Shown here piece after piece: positions 25,040 through 37,998 of a DNA stretch of 64,000 nt. Position 1 is the first letter of the stretch; each line of letters starts with the position of its first letter. Below the pieces are notes generated by a model that worked only from the letters and a program-made list of their open reading frames with translations, was not told where the DNA came from and did not search any database. Source of the stretch: Marsupella aquatica (Eukaryota; Plantae; Marchantiophyta); NCBI GenBank assembly GCA_973895155.1, contig OZ316894.1:15492699-15556698 (forward strand), written 5' to 3'. Made by a program: the position numbers and the translations under genes.

Positions 25040-27536
25040 TGTCACGCGATTGACATGGGTCTTAACACCAAAGACGTCACTATGGGTGCCAAAACCATCT
25101 CCTTGTACCTGAGGATCACGAAGGGATGTTGTGAAGGCCGGTAAACACCAATTTATGCCCTCAACACCAGACTATCATAGCAAAGATCTATCACACATCA
25201 CCCAAGCTCAATCCCAAGGAACCAAGGTTGGGGATCAGATCTGCGCTCATGATAGTTCTGGTGAGAAGGGGTCTTCATATCGGGCCTGTACACACAGGGC
25301 CTAGCGCTACGGTGCGCATAGGTCTATACGTATGCTTACTGTCATAGGTATGTTTCTATTCCGCCGCCGGAATGTACCCATAAACCAGTGACTCCTGACT
25401 GATTCCCAGCTTAGGGACTTCTAAGCCATTGCCCCACCACTCTGCCATTCCACTCTCAGCAATCAGAGCTGTGACAGCCCTCACCCAACCCACTTCAATG
25501 CACCCGGTACACCTCTCAGTGGCGCTGCTAGTCTCATCATACACTCAGATTGCCTCACACACACACACATCCATGAGAGAAATGAGGCCTGAAAGGAAAA
25601 CTCAATTGGATTCAAAGATGTGCACAATAGTTCACTGAGAACACTTGATCCGAACACTAGGCCCGAAGGCTGTCTCCTCCAGATTGCGACGTGCTTGCCC
25701 TGCAAGCCCCGTGCTTGCCCTGCAAGCCCCGTGCTTGCCCTGCAAGCCCCGTGCTTGCCCTGCAAGCCCCGTGCTTGCCCTGCAAGCCCCGTGCTTGCCC
25801 TGCAAGCCCCGTGCTTGCCCTGCAAGCCCCGTGCTTGCCCTGCAAGCCCAATCCTGAACCTGAGCCCGACTCACTCCAGATTGCGACGGCAGATTGGACT
25901 CGAACCAATCCCGTACTTGCCTTGCAAACTCAATCCTGAACTCAACCTCCTTCACTGCACTTCATTCTTGGGGGCACATACAGATCTCACACCTCCAATT
26001 CAGAACGTCAAGTTACGCATGCATAGTTGACTCGACTTCAAAGCTGGTACCAGGCCTAACGGCGATCTACCCCAGACTGCAATGAGGCCCGGCCTCACGC
26101 TTGCCCTGCAAGCTCAGCTCTGGCCATAGATCCCTTAGTGCTCTCCACCAGACAAAGGCCGGGACTCCCCATGGATCACGTAGCCTTGCCAGACTGAACT
26201 GTAAATGCTCCTCCTGCTGCCCCTTAATCAGTACCTCAGCCTCCCTAATGTGCCCACCGCAAATCGAATTGAAATCCTCCCCACAGTTTACAATCACCAA
26301 TACATCACCTATCACCAAGGCTCTGTATCGGGGGAAAAGAACCCAGTTGTGCTGCCCACTAGAAAGAGCCACAATCCAGCTCGCAAACCTAGCAACCCGT
26401 TGCTGTGAAGCTTCACTGATTACTCCCTGAGTAATAGCACAACCAAGCTCTCCCCAACACGCAGCGTCCAAGTCCAGCCTTGCTTGCACAGAGCTCCTCC
26501 CCGCTGCTCAGTCTAAGTGAGATCACACAACTGAAGTCGCCCTCCATCTCTACCGGGGGGCTGCTCTATATACTCTCATACTGAGCCCAAATGGCTGGGT
26601 ACTACGCTGCTGGAGCCCCATCCCAGCCCTAACAGAGCTGCCATTATCTCTAACTACTGAACCCTAACTCGCAGCTTTATTTCTATCTCGAATTGGCTAT
26701 GTACTTCGGATTTGGCCCTCCTCCATGGTTTTTGCGAGCTTACGCCTCCTCTCCCGATTTCTGTATTCAACCATTTGTTGTGTGGATAGCAGCGTTGGAA
26801 GCGGCTTGAGCTCCTCTTTCCAACGAGGTCAATTATAGCCGATTTGGTCAAATACACAGAGAGTTATGCCCCCGCAACCGAGAGGGGGTACTCACTGCTG
26901 CGCTAACCCGAGTTACATAGCTAACCCGAGTAGAGCTAACCCGTGGTCTCGGGTTAGGCCGCTACCCGCTATCCGCTATCCGCTAACCTAGCCTAAGCTG
27001 AGCCCGAACCCGAGCTTACCTATGCTAACCTGAGCCCGAGTTTAGGCTAACCCGAGTTCAATCTAATCCGAACCTAGGTTAAGCCTAAGCTGAAGCTGTG
27101 CTGACCTAAGCTAAGCTGAAGCCGTGCTTACCTGAGCTAAGCTGAAGCCGTGCTCACATAAGCTAAGCCGTGGTCGAGCTTGGGTTAACCCGAAACTGAA
27201 GCCGAATCCGCTAATTCCGGCCATAAGTTAACCCGTCACATTAATCAGGCCGTATCTCTCTTAATACACCTCCGTTTCCCGAGTGTTTTATATCGATTTT
27301 ACTCGCCTTGACCAGATCTTTCCAATGCTCTTTACAGATCCGGATTTGGTGACATATTGAAAGAGATATGGTCGTCGACCACCCGCGACATAGTTTTTAT
27401 TTCCCTACTCTTAACGCCATGATTGCCCTTATTCTTGCCATCTTGCTAATTGTTATGTAATATCAATAGCTACTCCTTGCATACAGCAACCTACTTAATC
27501 AGATTACAAAATAAGGACCATGTCATTGGCGTCACA
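25040..27536 (-). mobile_element. Solo LTR, family A (copy A2, 2497 bp)
   Basis: TGTCAC...GTCACA with 5-bp TSD CATAT (25035-25039 and 27537-27541), inside the copia integrase. Orientation comes from the PPT next to copy A3. Confidence 0.95.
25691..25849. repeat. 20-bp tandem repeat GTGCTTGCCCTGCAAGCCCC x8
   Basis: Seven perfect units plus one differing at its last base. Copies A1 and A3 have about two degenerate units. Confidence 0.97.
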
Positions 27537-27541
27537 CATAT

Positions 27542-29717
27542 GCATCACTTCCAAAAATTACCAAGCCATGATAGTCTGCTTGCCGCTCATAGCGCATCTC
27601 AAATGGCGTTTTGAAATTGATAGCACTAGAAGTAGAAAGATTTACCAAATAAGCTATAGTATTGACAATTTTTGCCCAAAATTCATGTGGTAAACCTGAT
27701 TGGCTCAACATAATTTGGGAACACTCCAATAGTATTTGATTGAGCCTCTCAAGGACACCATTTTGCTGCAAAGTATAAACTATGGTGAGATGACAAGTTA
27801 TCCCCTGTTTTGAACAATGCTCTTCAAATTCCACTGAAGTGTACTCCGCACCGTTGTCTGACCTTAGACTCACTCTTGTATCCAAACACTTGACCGTGTT
27901 TCCAGTCTAATTCTCCACCTAGGTCTTCCACTTCTTAAAAATGGACAAGACATTAGACTTATGCGTCATGAAATAAATCCACATAAATCTTGAGTAATCA
28001 TCAATAAATGATACATAGTCCAACTTTCCAGAGTGTGAGGGAGTCGGGGATGGACCCCACATGTCACTATGTATGTACTCAAGAACCATTTTGGAACGAT
28101 GAGTTCCAACACTGGAAGCACGACGATGCTACTTTCCAAGAATGCAATGCTCACGAAACTCTAATTTACAAGACTGCAAATCATAAATGAGTCCATTCTT
28201 TTGTAAGATAGCCAAACCCTTCTCACTCATGTGGCCTAGCCGTGAATGTCACAATTGAGTCATCTCTCGTGAGACTTGGTTACATTGGCCTCTCCACATA
28301 CAATATTGCCGTGCAACACAAAAAAATTCTTTTGTCTGCTCCCCTTCAGAATGGCTGTCTCTCTGGACATGACTTGAAGCTCACCATCAATAACGCTCCA
28401 TTGATGACCATTTGAATCCAACACACCGAGTGAAATCAAATTCTTATGCATTCCAGACACAAACCTGACTCCAGACATTGTGTGCACAGTGCCATCAAAC
28501 ATCTGAATCTTCACAGACCCAATACCCTCAATTTGATATGAGTGATCATTTCCCATTAGAACTGAACCGTTTGAAACAAAGTAAGAACTAAAAAACTCAC
28601 GAATATAACAAATGTGAAAATTTAGAGCAAGCACAATCAAGAATCCACGCATCATCTGCTCTCCTAGATGACGTGCATAGGGCATACCCCTGGCTTCATA
28701 ACACATACTCATCATTTGAGTAAATCAGCGTCTCCATCAGCCCTAGCCACATTTGCCAATGAAGATTCAACTGCTTTTCCCTTATATTCTTGCTTGAAGT
28801 ATCCAACCTTGTTGCATTTCCAACATGTCACCTGCTTTCTTTCCGGGGACTTGCCCCTTGACTTAGATCTGGATTTAGATCTAAACTAGGTTCTACGGTC
28901 CCCAGTTGGTCGCTACATACTCCTCCCATGGTTAACATTGAGAGCATCACCAGTTGATGAAGGCTATGATGTGATCTGCATCTTCTATTGAAGATCAATA
29001 GTAAGCAGAGAACTCACCACCTCATTGTATGAGATGGTATTCCTATCACGATGCAACAACACTCGTGATAAGGACTAGTAAGATGGAGGTAATGAATTGA
29101 GAAGTTGCAGAGCCTTCTTCTCATCATTCAATTCCTCCCCAAGGTTTTCCAAGTCAACGACCATGTCGTTGAAAGCATCCAAATGGTCCTGCAACTTTGT
29201 ACCGGTTTCCTTCATCCTAAAACTCATCAGTTTGTAGGAAGTGTAGAGTCGGTGCAACAACTCTTTCCGGTGATACTTGCTCTGCAACTCTACAAACAAG
29301 GACATGCAATCCTTATGTGCACCCAACTGCTTGATGATGGGAGGCATGAGATAGAGTCTAACACACCACACTCCTTGCTCCTACATGCGGTCCCATTGTT
29401 TCTCATCAACATTGTCTTCACAAGGGCTCAACAGTTGGCCCATCCCCAAGCATAGAGCACTCCCTTCACCTACTTCTCCCAGAGCAAGTAGTGAGAGCGC
29501 CCATCACACTTTGTGACTTTATACTTGGGTCCTTATCTTCTTCTTTTGCACTACCGTTAGCTTTGGTAGTAGAATAGCTTCCTCCACCACACGTCGCATC
29601 GGTGATGGTACTGGTGTCACGTGCTCTTCCTCTTGCTCCACTCTCTACCTTAAATTGTTGCAATGATCCTTGTGCTTCAAGTTCCACATCTTCAAAAATC
29701 TTCTCCCAATCATTCAT
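27542..29717 (-). pseudogene. gag-pol: Copia gag, protease, GAG-pre-integrase and integrase core
   Basis: LLNSLPPSY, degenerate CWKC knuckle, WILD, KNLISLGVLD, HSRLGHMSEKGL, LRSDNGAEY and QQNGVLERLN. Confidence 0.92.
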
Positions 29718-31546
29718 ATGAGAAAATCACAAAAACATATCACAACTTCTCAAAAAAATCAAAACTAAACACCGCCGCATAGCCCACAAAGCTAGGAGTC
29801 CAACACTGAAAACCAAAATTGAAATCAAAATTTGACGAAAAAGTTATTCAAATTTTGGTTGGGGTGGGTAAAACCTTGGGAAACTCCCATGTTTTGACCA
29901 CCTCAGGGAATAACCAAAATGCCAAGTACAACCCGTCATTGGAATTGCAATTAGATTGGACAGGTGCATCGCGTTGCTAACTTCAATGGCTACAACCTCG
30001 CCAAAAATGAACCAAAAAGTTATTGTTTGGCGCATGGAAATCTTTGTCGGACGACTAAAAACATGCTCTCTATATTTTTGGAATATTCTCTGTATAGTAC
30101 AGCAGGTCGCATAGGGGGCTGTTCCCCCTATCAAAAAATAGGCCTTAAAAAGGGGGTTTTAAGCCCCTCTAAATAAAATGGGCGTATGAGGGGCCGGGGT
30201 ACGCACACGGCATACAGAAGGGCATAGGGCAGGGATGGGGCGAGTACAAGGGCGCAGGAGTAAAAGACAAGCAACTACATACGCAGCCGCGAACAACAGG
30301 AGACCAGGCCGGGGAAACATTTCGCCAAAAATTTGCGGCCGGCCGGCAGTAGGGGCGGGCAAGGGCTTTGATGCGAGGATGATCGAAGGGGCAGGGCCGG
30401 GCGTAAGGGCTCGCAATGGCGCTACAACATTGCGGCTGAGTATGCAAGATTGGGAGGGGGGATTCGCGGGGTTAAAGGGGGTATGCGGGTATGTTGGGTC
30501 GAAAGGGTTTGGTGTGTATACACACCAAAAAAGGCCCTTAAACCCCTCTAATAGCAAAATTTGTCTTTTAAGACCAAATTTGCCGATTACACACCTTGCC
30601 GCCGCCAATTCCATGAGTAAAAATGATGGCCGTAGACGGGAAATGTTGTCAAATTGTGCCGACACAGTTAGCAAGCTTAGCAAAGAAAAAACCTTTTGGG
30701 TGCGTCACACGTCAAGTGCCAATCCCGGACTCAAAAAAACTGCATCGCCGCAATGTCATTGTTGAGCCCTAGCACTTTGCGTTTGTTGCTTTGAGTCAAA
30801 TGTGACAATAAGAAACCCAATTCATATGAAAACAAGCTCCATAGCCTATGAAAAAATCTGAACGCCTCTTTCAATCGTTGTGTTGTACTCGGTAAACACT
30901 CGGCAACACCTCAGCTACCAAAACGAGAGGCTTTACACCGTGCCAGGAAACAGGAAAATGATTTTCTGTTATGAGCAAAATTTTACTGTTACGAGCAAAA
31001 ATGAGATATAAAACATTTCTCATTAAAACTCAAAATTTTCAAAATATTTTTAAAAGTGATCATTTTTGGCTAGCACCAGGCGCTACTATTACTAGCTTGG
31101 GGTGCTAGTAAAAAAATGTCAAAAATACAAACCCAAAAAAAACAAATTCCAAAAAAATTCTCAAAAAATTCTCATCCATTTGTTGTTTACTGTTTCCTTT
31201 TTACTGTTTCCTGGCATAATGGTTATACCCTACTTGCCTTAATCTTCAACTTGAGCTGTAACATGCGACGCCTCCCACACCGCACAGCTCACATCATTGC
31301 AGAAACAAACTCTGGTCCCTCCCCCAAAAATACCGTCAAACACAACAAATCCAGAACGACGCAAACTCCAATTCCTCCGCACTACGAATACCGATCAGTG
31401 AGTTCTAAACATTGATAGAAAGCCCTTTCACTAACCTATTCGCTCAGCCACACACATTCAAGTTTCATGCAATAAAACTCTACATGCAACACCGACAATG
31501 AACATTGGAAAACCATCACAAAAAAACCTTGTCACCTCCCAAGCAT

Positions 31547-31558
31547 GCTCTGATACCA
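31547..31558 (-). promoter_or_regulatory. Copia primer-binding site, tRNA-iMet (TGGTATCAGAGC)
   Basis: GCTCTGATACCA on the + strand, 2 nt from the LTR. Confidence 0.93.
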
Positions 31559-31560
31559 AT

Positions 31561-31930
31561 TGTTGAGCATAGACAATAATTGCAACAACAAGCCCATGAA
31601 CCATCCAATGCACAAGAGTTGACATAGAGAGATACGTGGTTCACCTCCACATGAGGCTACCTCCACGAGAACACACAAGAGCTTTACTGCACTCTCGGCC
31701 GACCGGCCATACCAAGCATCCACAACGCAAGCTCTCTCTATCTCTCAACTAGCTCTGTAACGATGAGCCTGAGTTCCCACTCTCCAAGCAAACACCGCTT
31801 GGGTATAGAGTATGCACAACATGACTAACCTAACCAAGTCTGTGACTAAGATTAGCCTTAACTATGGTACAATTGTAACTCTAGACCTAAGAGTAAATCC
31901 TAACACAACCTAAGGCACACGCAAACAACA
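31561..31930 (-). repeat. Copia 5' LTR (~370 bp)
   Basis: TGTTG...CAACA terminal inverted repeat next to the PBS. The partner LTR is absent, so the outer end is unconfirmed. Confidence 0.75.
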
Positions 31931-31987
31931 AGATTATTGAAGAGTGATTTGGTCCAAATATTGCGGCGTGTCTCGCATGTGAGTGCA

Positions 31988-32212
31988 ATGGGTTGATCCC
32001 GGATCAAGGTGATTTGTGTTGAGGATTGATCCCGGATCAAGCTAACTCGTGTAGGGTTGATTCCGGATCAAGCTAGTTTGTGTTGAGGGTTGATCCCGGA
32101 TCAAACCAATTTGTGTTGAGGATTAATCCCGGATCAAACCAGTTTGTATTGAAATAAGATTGACCTTGGATCAAGCCTATTTGTGTTGAGAGTGGGTTGA
32201 TCCCGGATCAAG
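31988..32212. repeat. Seven ~33-bp units, each centred on the near-palindrome TTGATCCCGGATCAA
   Basis: Cores near 31993, 32026, 32057, 32090, 32123, 32160 and 32197. Confidence 0.9.
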
Positions 32213-32239
32213 GTAGCTGGTGTTGAAGGTTAGAACAGA

Positions 32240-34146
32240 TTGGTCATCACGGAGTCCTCTAGTGATATGGGGCTACCCAAGGGACAACGGGCTGGTTTCA
32301 CTTGAAGTGGAGTGCAATTTTGGCCGATAACATTGCTATTCGTCAATAGTGGGATTTCAGATAGTGATTCTATCGAGGACTTAATAGCCAGCTCTCCTCG
32401 TCATTGGATGACTGCACCATTGCTTTGGGACATGGATGAGATGTATGGGGCTACAAAGGGCCCAAGGAGGTACTCTAGTGCAGTGGGCACCATTGATTTG
32501 GATGACTTCATCCAAGAGTTTGATACGTGGTGAAATATGTAGATATTGCGTAACATCACATTGTTTACCCCTTTCATGACATGGAAGAGATTGTTTCAGC
32601 ATTTGGAGGGGTCACCCATGGATGACTACCATGGGTTTTGAAAGGCTCATTTGATTGATATTGAGGCATGAAGACAACATTGGTCACCAAACTATGTGTC
32701 CATCACTTATGGCACAAGTGTAGTTGCCCAACCCAATGCTACAATTGTTGCTTCATCTAGCAGCGCTAGCCAAAGTGGTACTCCAACAACATCCATTGCT
32801 ACTTCTACCGGTGTGATTGTGGCACGGACTTGAGGTGCTCCAACATTTAGCCATGTAGTAGAGTTCTTTGAGGTATTGAAGCACAATTATCAAGGTGTGA
32901 GAACTGATAAGTTGAAGGGTCTTCAAGAGTTTCAGGGCAAGACTGGAGAGAGTCTACGCGAGGCATACACCCATATGCAAAGATTGAAAATTGTCACAAA
33001 GGGAGTGACAGAAGCCTGAGCAATATTCTGGATAGGGAGCTACGGCGTAGAATGAAAGATGTCACCTACTTAGGGATTCAGATCCCACATTGGCAGTTGT
33101 TTTTGCACTTGTGAGCGCATTGAGCTCAACATGGTGAATGAGAAGGTGGTGACTTATGGATTTGCCAAGGAGGCACCAAAGGTTGCATCAACACCCACAT
33201 CGCAACTTGTTGCACGTACGAGCTAGAGGGAGAAGCCTACAACATGGGAATCTATTAGTTAGAGACTTGTGCCCTCCTATGTTGGACAACAGTTAGGATA
33301 CAGCTAGGATCTTGGACCCATGGTGGGGATCATGCACAGAGATATTGCCCGGATAATAGGGGGCAAGGAAGAGCATCTACGTCTGATCAACGACAATGTG
33401 ATCATTGTGGATTTTTTGGACATCGTGAAGATAGGTGTTTTGTACTCCATCCTAAACTATAGTGGGGAAGACCACATGCATATGATCAAGGAAGAGGAGG
33501 TAGAGGTGGTGGACGTGGCCAAGGCATGCCACATGCAGAAAGTCAAGGAGGTGATGTTGCTCTTGCTGTGACCACAGATCATAAGGATGCTAAGCTTGCT
33601 CAATTGAAGCAACAACTACCTGCTATGGCTAGTTCTTAGGTGAGACCTACTTATGGTAATGGGGCTTTTACATCCTATGGAGCTTCCACATCTTATGGAG
33701 GTGATGGAGATCTTGCCAACATGGGATTCAAGTGTGGCACAACACATATTGATGCAGCATTGACTCAAGGAGCAACAAAAAGCCCTTGAGCCCCGAGGAG
33801 CAATGGTAGAGTTGGATCCCCAAAGAGGGATGCTCATCATCAAACAAAGCTTCCCGAGTTGTTTACATTGTCAAAGGCAATTCACACTACCTCTATGAAC
33901 CCGGTTTGGACTAACCCAGATGGGAGTAAGTTGGCGGAATCAAGTGATGTTGCATCAAAGATAACAAGTACCTTGTTGGGGGCGGCCACTACTATAGTGC
34001 GCACGCCATTATTTTTAGCTATATATATGCTAACATTGGGAGTTAGTCCCGTTGATGTGTTTAAATTGGCGGCCATATTATGCGAGGACACTCCAGCTGT
34101 TGCTTCTTATGCACAAGCAACACCCAATTCTGAAGTAGTGGATTAT
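32240..34146 (+). pseudogene. gag: D1 gag (heavily decayed)
   Basis: LLWDMDEMYGATKGPRRY..VGTIDLDDFIQEFDTW is shared with D2 at 54547 onward. Confidence 0.8.
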
Positions 34147-34151
34147 ATATG

Positions 34152-37100
34152 TGTGACACGGGTAATGTGTCACCTAATCGAACGCAGGTCCTAGATTAGG
34201 ACTTATACAGTCATTAGGACCGTAACCGTAGCGTAGAATAGCACGAGTAGCCATCTTTGCCATTATGAATAGATTAGGAGTAGGTTAGTTGACCGAATGA
34301 TTACGAATTAAGAGAGGATTATTACGCTCAACTGAGGTACGGTGGATGCGGCGGAGTAAAAATCCGTTAGGGGAATCATGCTTGGACCAAGACGCCGACC
34401 TAAGCTCATTATCAACGACCAAAACGGCTTTGCCCTCTCACGCTTGAGCTCACCCTGGCACCTCCATAAGAGCAGAGTCGATGGAGCTGCGAGCCATTTG
34501 CTCATTTCCACCTTTCAGAATTCGCGGACGCTGCCATTCTCTCGCCTTTTTGGCTCGAATCAAGCTGACCTTTACGAGGAGATCATCGAGGGATAAGGGC
34601 GGATTGTGGCAAGATTTAGTCAGGGCAAGTAAGGCCTCCACCACTGAGCGGACCGGCCGGCTGGGAACGCGGACTCGACGAACCAGACTGCAAAGGTTAG
34701 TATGACCCTTACAGCCTTGGGATTTTGGACCTTGTTTGGCAAGGTAGGTGCTAAGTTCTCTGAGACTTACTGGTACTCTTATCCCGAGAAAGCCGCTTAC
34801 GAAAGAAGATACGCAAAGTTGGTGGCCAAGGTAGCACAGGTTAACTGCGAGAAGACAACCATCACCAGGGATTCCAGCTACAATGAGCTACGAGACTACA
34901 TCACCGAGCTATATCTCAGCGAGGAAGGGCTTAGATCGGTAGTAGAGGTGATTTTTGAAGTCCCCGCGAAGTTCTTTAGGCTAAAGGGCAGCCAACGGCT
35001 TACTCAAGCGAAGTTCCACAAGATCTCGGGATACTTCGACCAGCAGATCGCAACCGAAAAGTGCCAAGAAGACATCAGCAGACAACGGGAAGCGGCGCGT
35101 AATCTTACGTTCCTCGGAGAAAGCTCCAACGCCTTCACCCGGGATATGGCTACCCCGACACCACCAGCCCCTCAGCCAATGACCACTGGCGTACCTCCGA
35201 ACCGGTCCCAAGTCCATCCCATGAACAACACCGAGTATTCCTTGGACTCCGAGCGTGTTAGTCCGCAGCTTGAGCAACATTCTCAGAAGTGGGCAAGGAC
35301 GACGCCGGCCCCCGAAGCAACAACGCAAACCAACGCCGCCCCTGCACTTGCCCCGACAAACCCCCCAACCAACCAGACCCGACAGCCCGTGGATAACCCG
35401 AAGTCCAACTTATTATAGGTAATCCGCGTCCCCGAAGTAGTCTGGATCGTGATCAAGAAACTCGACCATACGGACTATCTCAAGGAGCATCAGTTGGAGC
35501 AGTTCGCTCACTTGCTATGGAGATCGTGCGCAGCCGGGCCAAAGGAGATTTGTGAGTTCATCTCCAATTTTGACACTGACGCATTGACCACCAAGGTTTT
35601 AGGGCAGACCTTATCACTCACAGAGCATCGGTTAGCACAGATCTTTTGTCTGCCCACCGGGCCAGTGTCAGTTGAACTCCGAATTTGGGATAAGGGGTAT
35701 ACGCCTCGGCACTTCAAACCCAAGGGTAAGACAGACAACGGATACAAGCAGGGGTCGTGCACCAATTTAATCTGTATGGAACGGCTTAACTTCATACGGA
35801 CTACCATTCACATGATTGAGCCACGATCCGAGATCTCCCTCTGTACGATCGTACAGGTGGAACAGTACAAATGACGGAGCTGGGCCCAATTCTTTTACCG
35901 TAGGTTTTTGGGAGAGCTTAAGCGGGCTCAGGGAGGTATGGCTATTGGGGGGAAGACTTACCTGGGAAGTCATATAGCCATCATCCTCTGGTACAAAGCA
36001 CGGCGGGAGGCCAGGGGAAAGAACATGGCCACCTCAGCCCCGACTAATGTCACCCCCGCTACAGAGGAGGCTACCCCGAGCGAGCGGACTACCATGCCTC
36101 GGGCAAACCCCAAGTCGGAGACCCCGATGAATACTCCATCACCCCCTCCTGTTGAAATTCCACCCCCCCTTCCGTGGAGCCTCCGCTACCCATAGTACAA
36201 CCACCCCCAATCCCTCCACCACCTGCAGAAACCTTCCCCTCCCCAGTACAGACTACGGAGGAGCTTATTGCCCCGCCCGAGGAACCACCGGTGCCCGAGA
36301 GGATGGAGGACTACCAAGTAGCCCCGGGGACCATGGCCTACGACCTGGTCCAGAAGTTTAGTCAGACTCTGTCAGGGGAACTGGCGACATACATCGGACA
36401 ACAAGTCTCGACATACTTTCAACCAGCCTTCTTCATGTTAGAGCACCAACCACGGATCGTAAGCCGCTTGGAGGACGAACTCATGGCGAAGGGGAATGAG
36501 ATCGGGCGCCTCCAAATGCTGGTAGAACACCTCAAGGAGGAGGCCACTACCCGCCGTGAGGAATTAGTCCGCACCATCGAACAGCGGGATGGACTAACCC
36601 AGGAGTTGAGCGGGGCACAAGAGGATCTCAAGAAGCTGGACGACACCGTGCTTCAGTTGCGCTTAGAATCCTTGGCTCGGGTTACCAGTCTGACCGACCT
36701 CAACAACCAATTCCTACAAGCAGCTCAGCAGGTGGCTAGTCTCTCCGCCGAACGGGATAAATTGTTGGTGCAGGACCAGACCTATCGTGACTCCATCGAC
36801 CAGCTCAACCTGGAGGTAGCACGGCTCCAGATAGAGGCCGATGAAGCTGCAAACGAGGCGGAGGAGGCGGTGCGGGACAACAAGGCCATGTAGGACCGCG
36901 TTACCCTGCTCATCCTCTAGTAGGGAAGACCAGGGCCCACCCCTGATCAAGGCGGCTTGAGGTCTCGCCCCGACAGGGGGACAAACCCTGGTCCAACCAC
37001 AGCACGCATGTAAGGGGTGGTTAGCGAAGGGTGTGAGCAGGCACCGCGCGGGGCAGTGGAGTCAGCGACATCTTTTTTATTAGGCTTAACGACATAATAG

Positions 37101-37998
37101 CTGTCATTAGGCGCCGATTAGCAGCGCAGTAGGAAGAATTAAGATAGGATCAGTTAGGATTAGCCGACGTGGGATCGAGTCCATCAACAGACTAGATTTG
37201 GTCAGTAGATTAGCTGTTGCCACCCCGGTCAGCGCCCTTGCCGCTGACGGTCACCCGGTCAGCGAAATACGGTCGGTTAGTCAGAAGTTAGTTAGCCAAT
37301 AGGCATTACCCCGGGAGGTAGTATCTTTCGGTTCCTTTTTGCAAATGTAGTATTTAGGCTTCCCCTTCCGCTGTGGGAGGGGGAGAAGGCTTAGTTATTT
37401 CAGCATACGAAAAGGCGAGGCACAAGGAGTCCCGGCCTGAGTAGGGTCAGAGTGCACTAAGGAGTGAGAGCCAGAGTCGAGCTTGCTGGGCAAGTGCGGG
37501 GCGGGGCCTTGTAGAGACTGGGCATCGACTGCCTTAGGCCTGCTGACCCCCTTAAGAAGTCGAGTCAACTATGTAAATTGATTCTTTGCTGAGTAAATTT
37601 AGTCTTTTCCCTCTAATGTTTCCGCGAATAACTGGTGTTGTGTGTATGCTTTGTCTGGGCAAAGGCACCATTTCAAGGGACGTACCGGGTGCGGACTAAT
37701 GGTAGGGATTGCCACCCATTGCATGTCACAAGGTTTTGTCGCGTCGATGGCTTGAAAGCCCAAGCCGGGAGTTAGTCCGAGTCACTAACTGTGGGAATAT
37801 TCCAGCGGTGGAAAACAAATATACCTATGACTAGTGCGAGTTGCGTAAGTGTTATACCAGTAAGTATATTGCCTTAGCCTGACTTAGGGCTAATCGAGGC
37901 CACTACACACCTCCTTGCCCGAACCCTCACCCCTACTAGTGGTCAACGTCGCCCCATGGAACTAAACTGGATTTAAGGCCCGGGTTAGGGGCGTGACA
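34152..37998 (+). mobile_element. Solo LTR E (3847 bp) carrying a long ORF
   Basis: TGTGAC...GTGACA with TSD ATATG (34147-34151 and 37999-38003). No gag or pol inside. D1 sequence resumes on both sides. Confidence 0.9.
34702..36893 (+). pseudogene. LTR-E accessory ORF: NG[YW] domain, Pro-rich linker, long coiled coil
   Basis: ORFs 34702, 35449 and 35908 are in one frame. A frameshift at the poly-C near 36163 leads into the heptad-rich ORF 36174-36893. Confidence 0.75.

Larger units (their letters stand above)
7180..31930 (-). mobile_element. Decayed Ty1/copia LTR retrotransposon, split by B and A2, 3' end missing
   Basis: 5' LTR, Met PBS, then gag, PR, GAG-pre-integrase, INT, RT and RH in copia order on the minus strand. 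The sequence rejoins across both TSD-flanked insertions. Confidence 0.93.

Noticed and set aside
25691-25849. Palindromic 20-bp repeats resembling a CRISPR array
   Set aside because: Units are directly adjacent with no spacers, lie inside a eukaryotic LTR, and no cas genes are present.
30090-30780. GC-rich segment and overlapping ORFs (174 and 176 aa) in the copia leader, a possible MITE or captured gene
   Set aside because: No convincing TIR, TSD or protein motif found. The ORFs are explained by GC content.
31931-31945. AGATTAT next to both the copia end and the D2 start (52119-52125), suggesting insertion at the same site in both D1 LTRs
   Set aside because: The match is only 7 bp, and 31931-31995 aligns at least as well to a later part of the D2 LTR (~53085-53170).
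31988-32212. Palindromic repeat with variable intervals resembling a CRISPR array
   Set aside because: The intervals are ~18 bp and similar to one another (TTTGTGTTGAG-like), so this is a degenerate tandem repeat.
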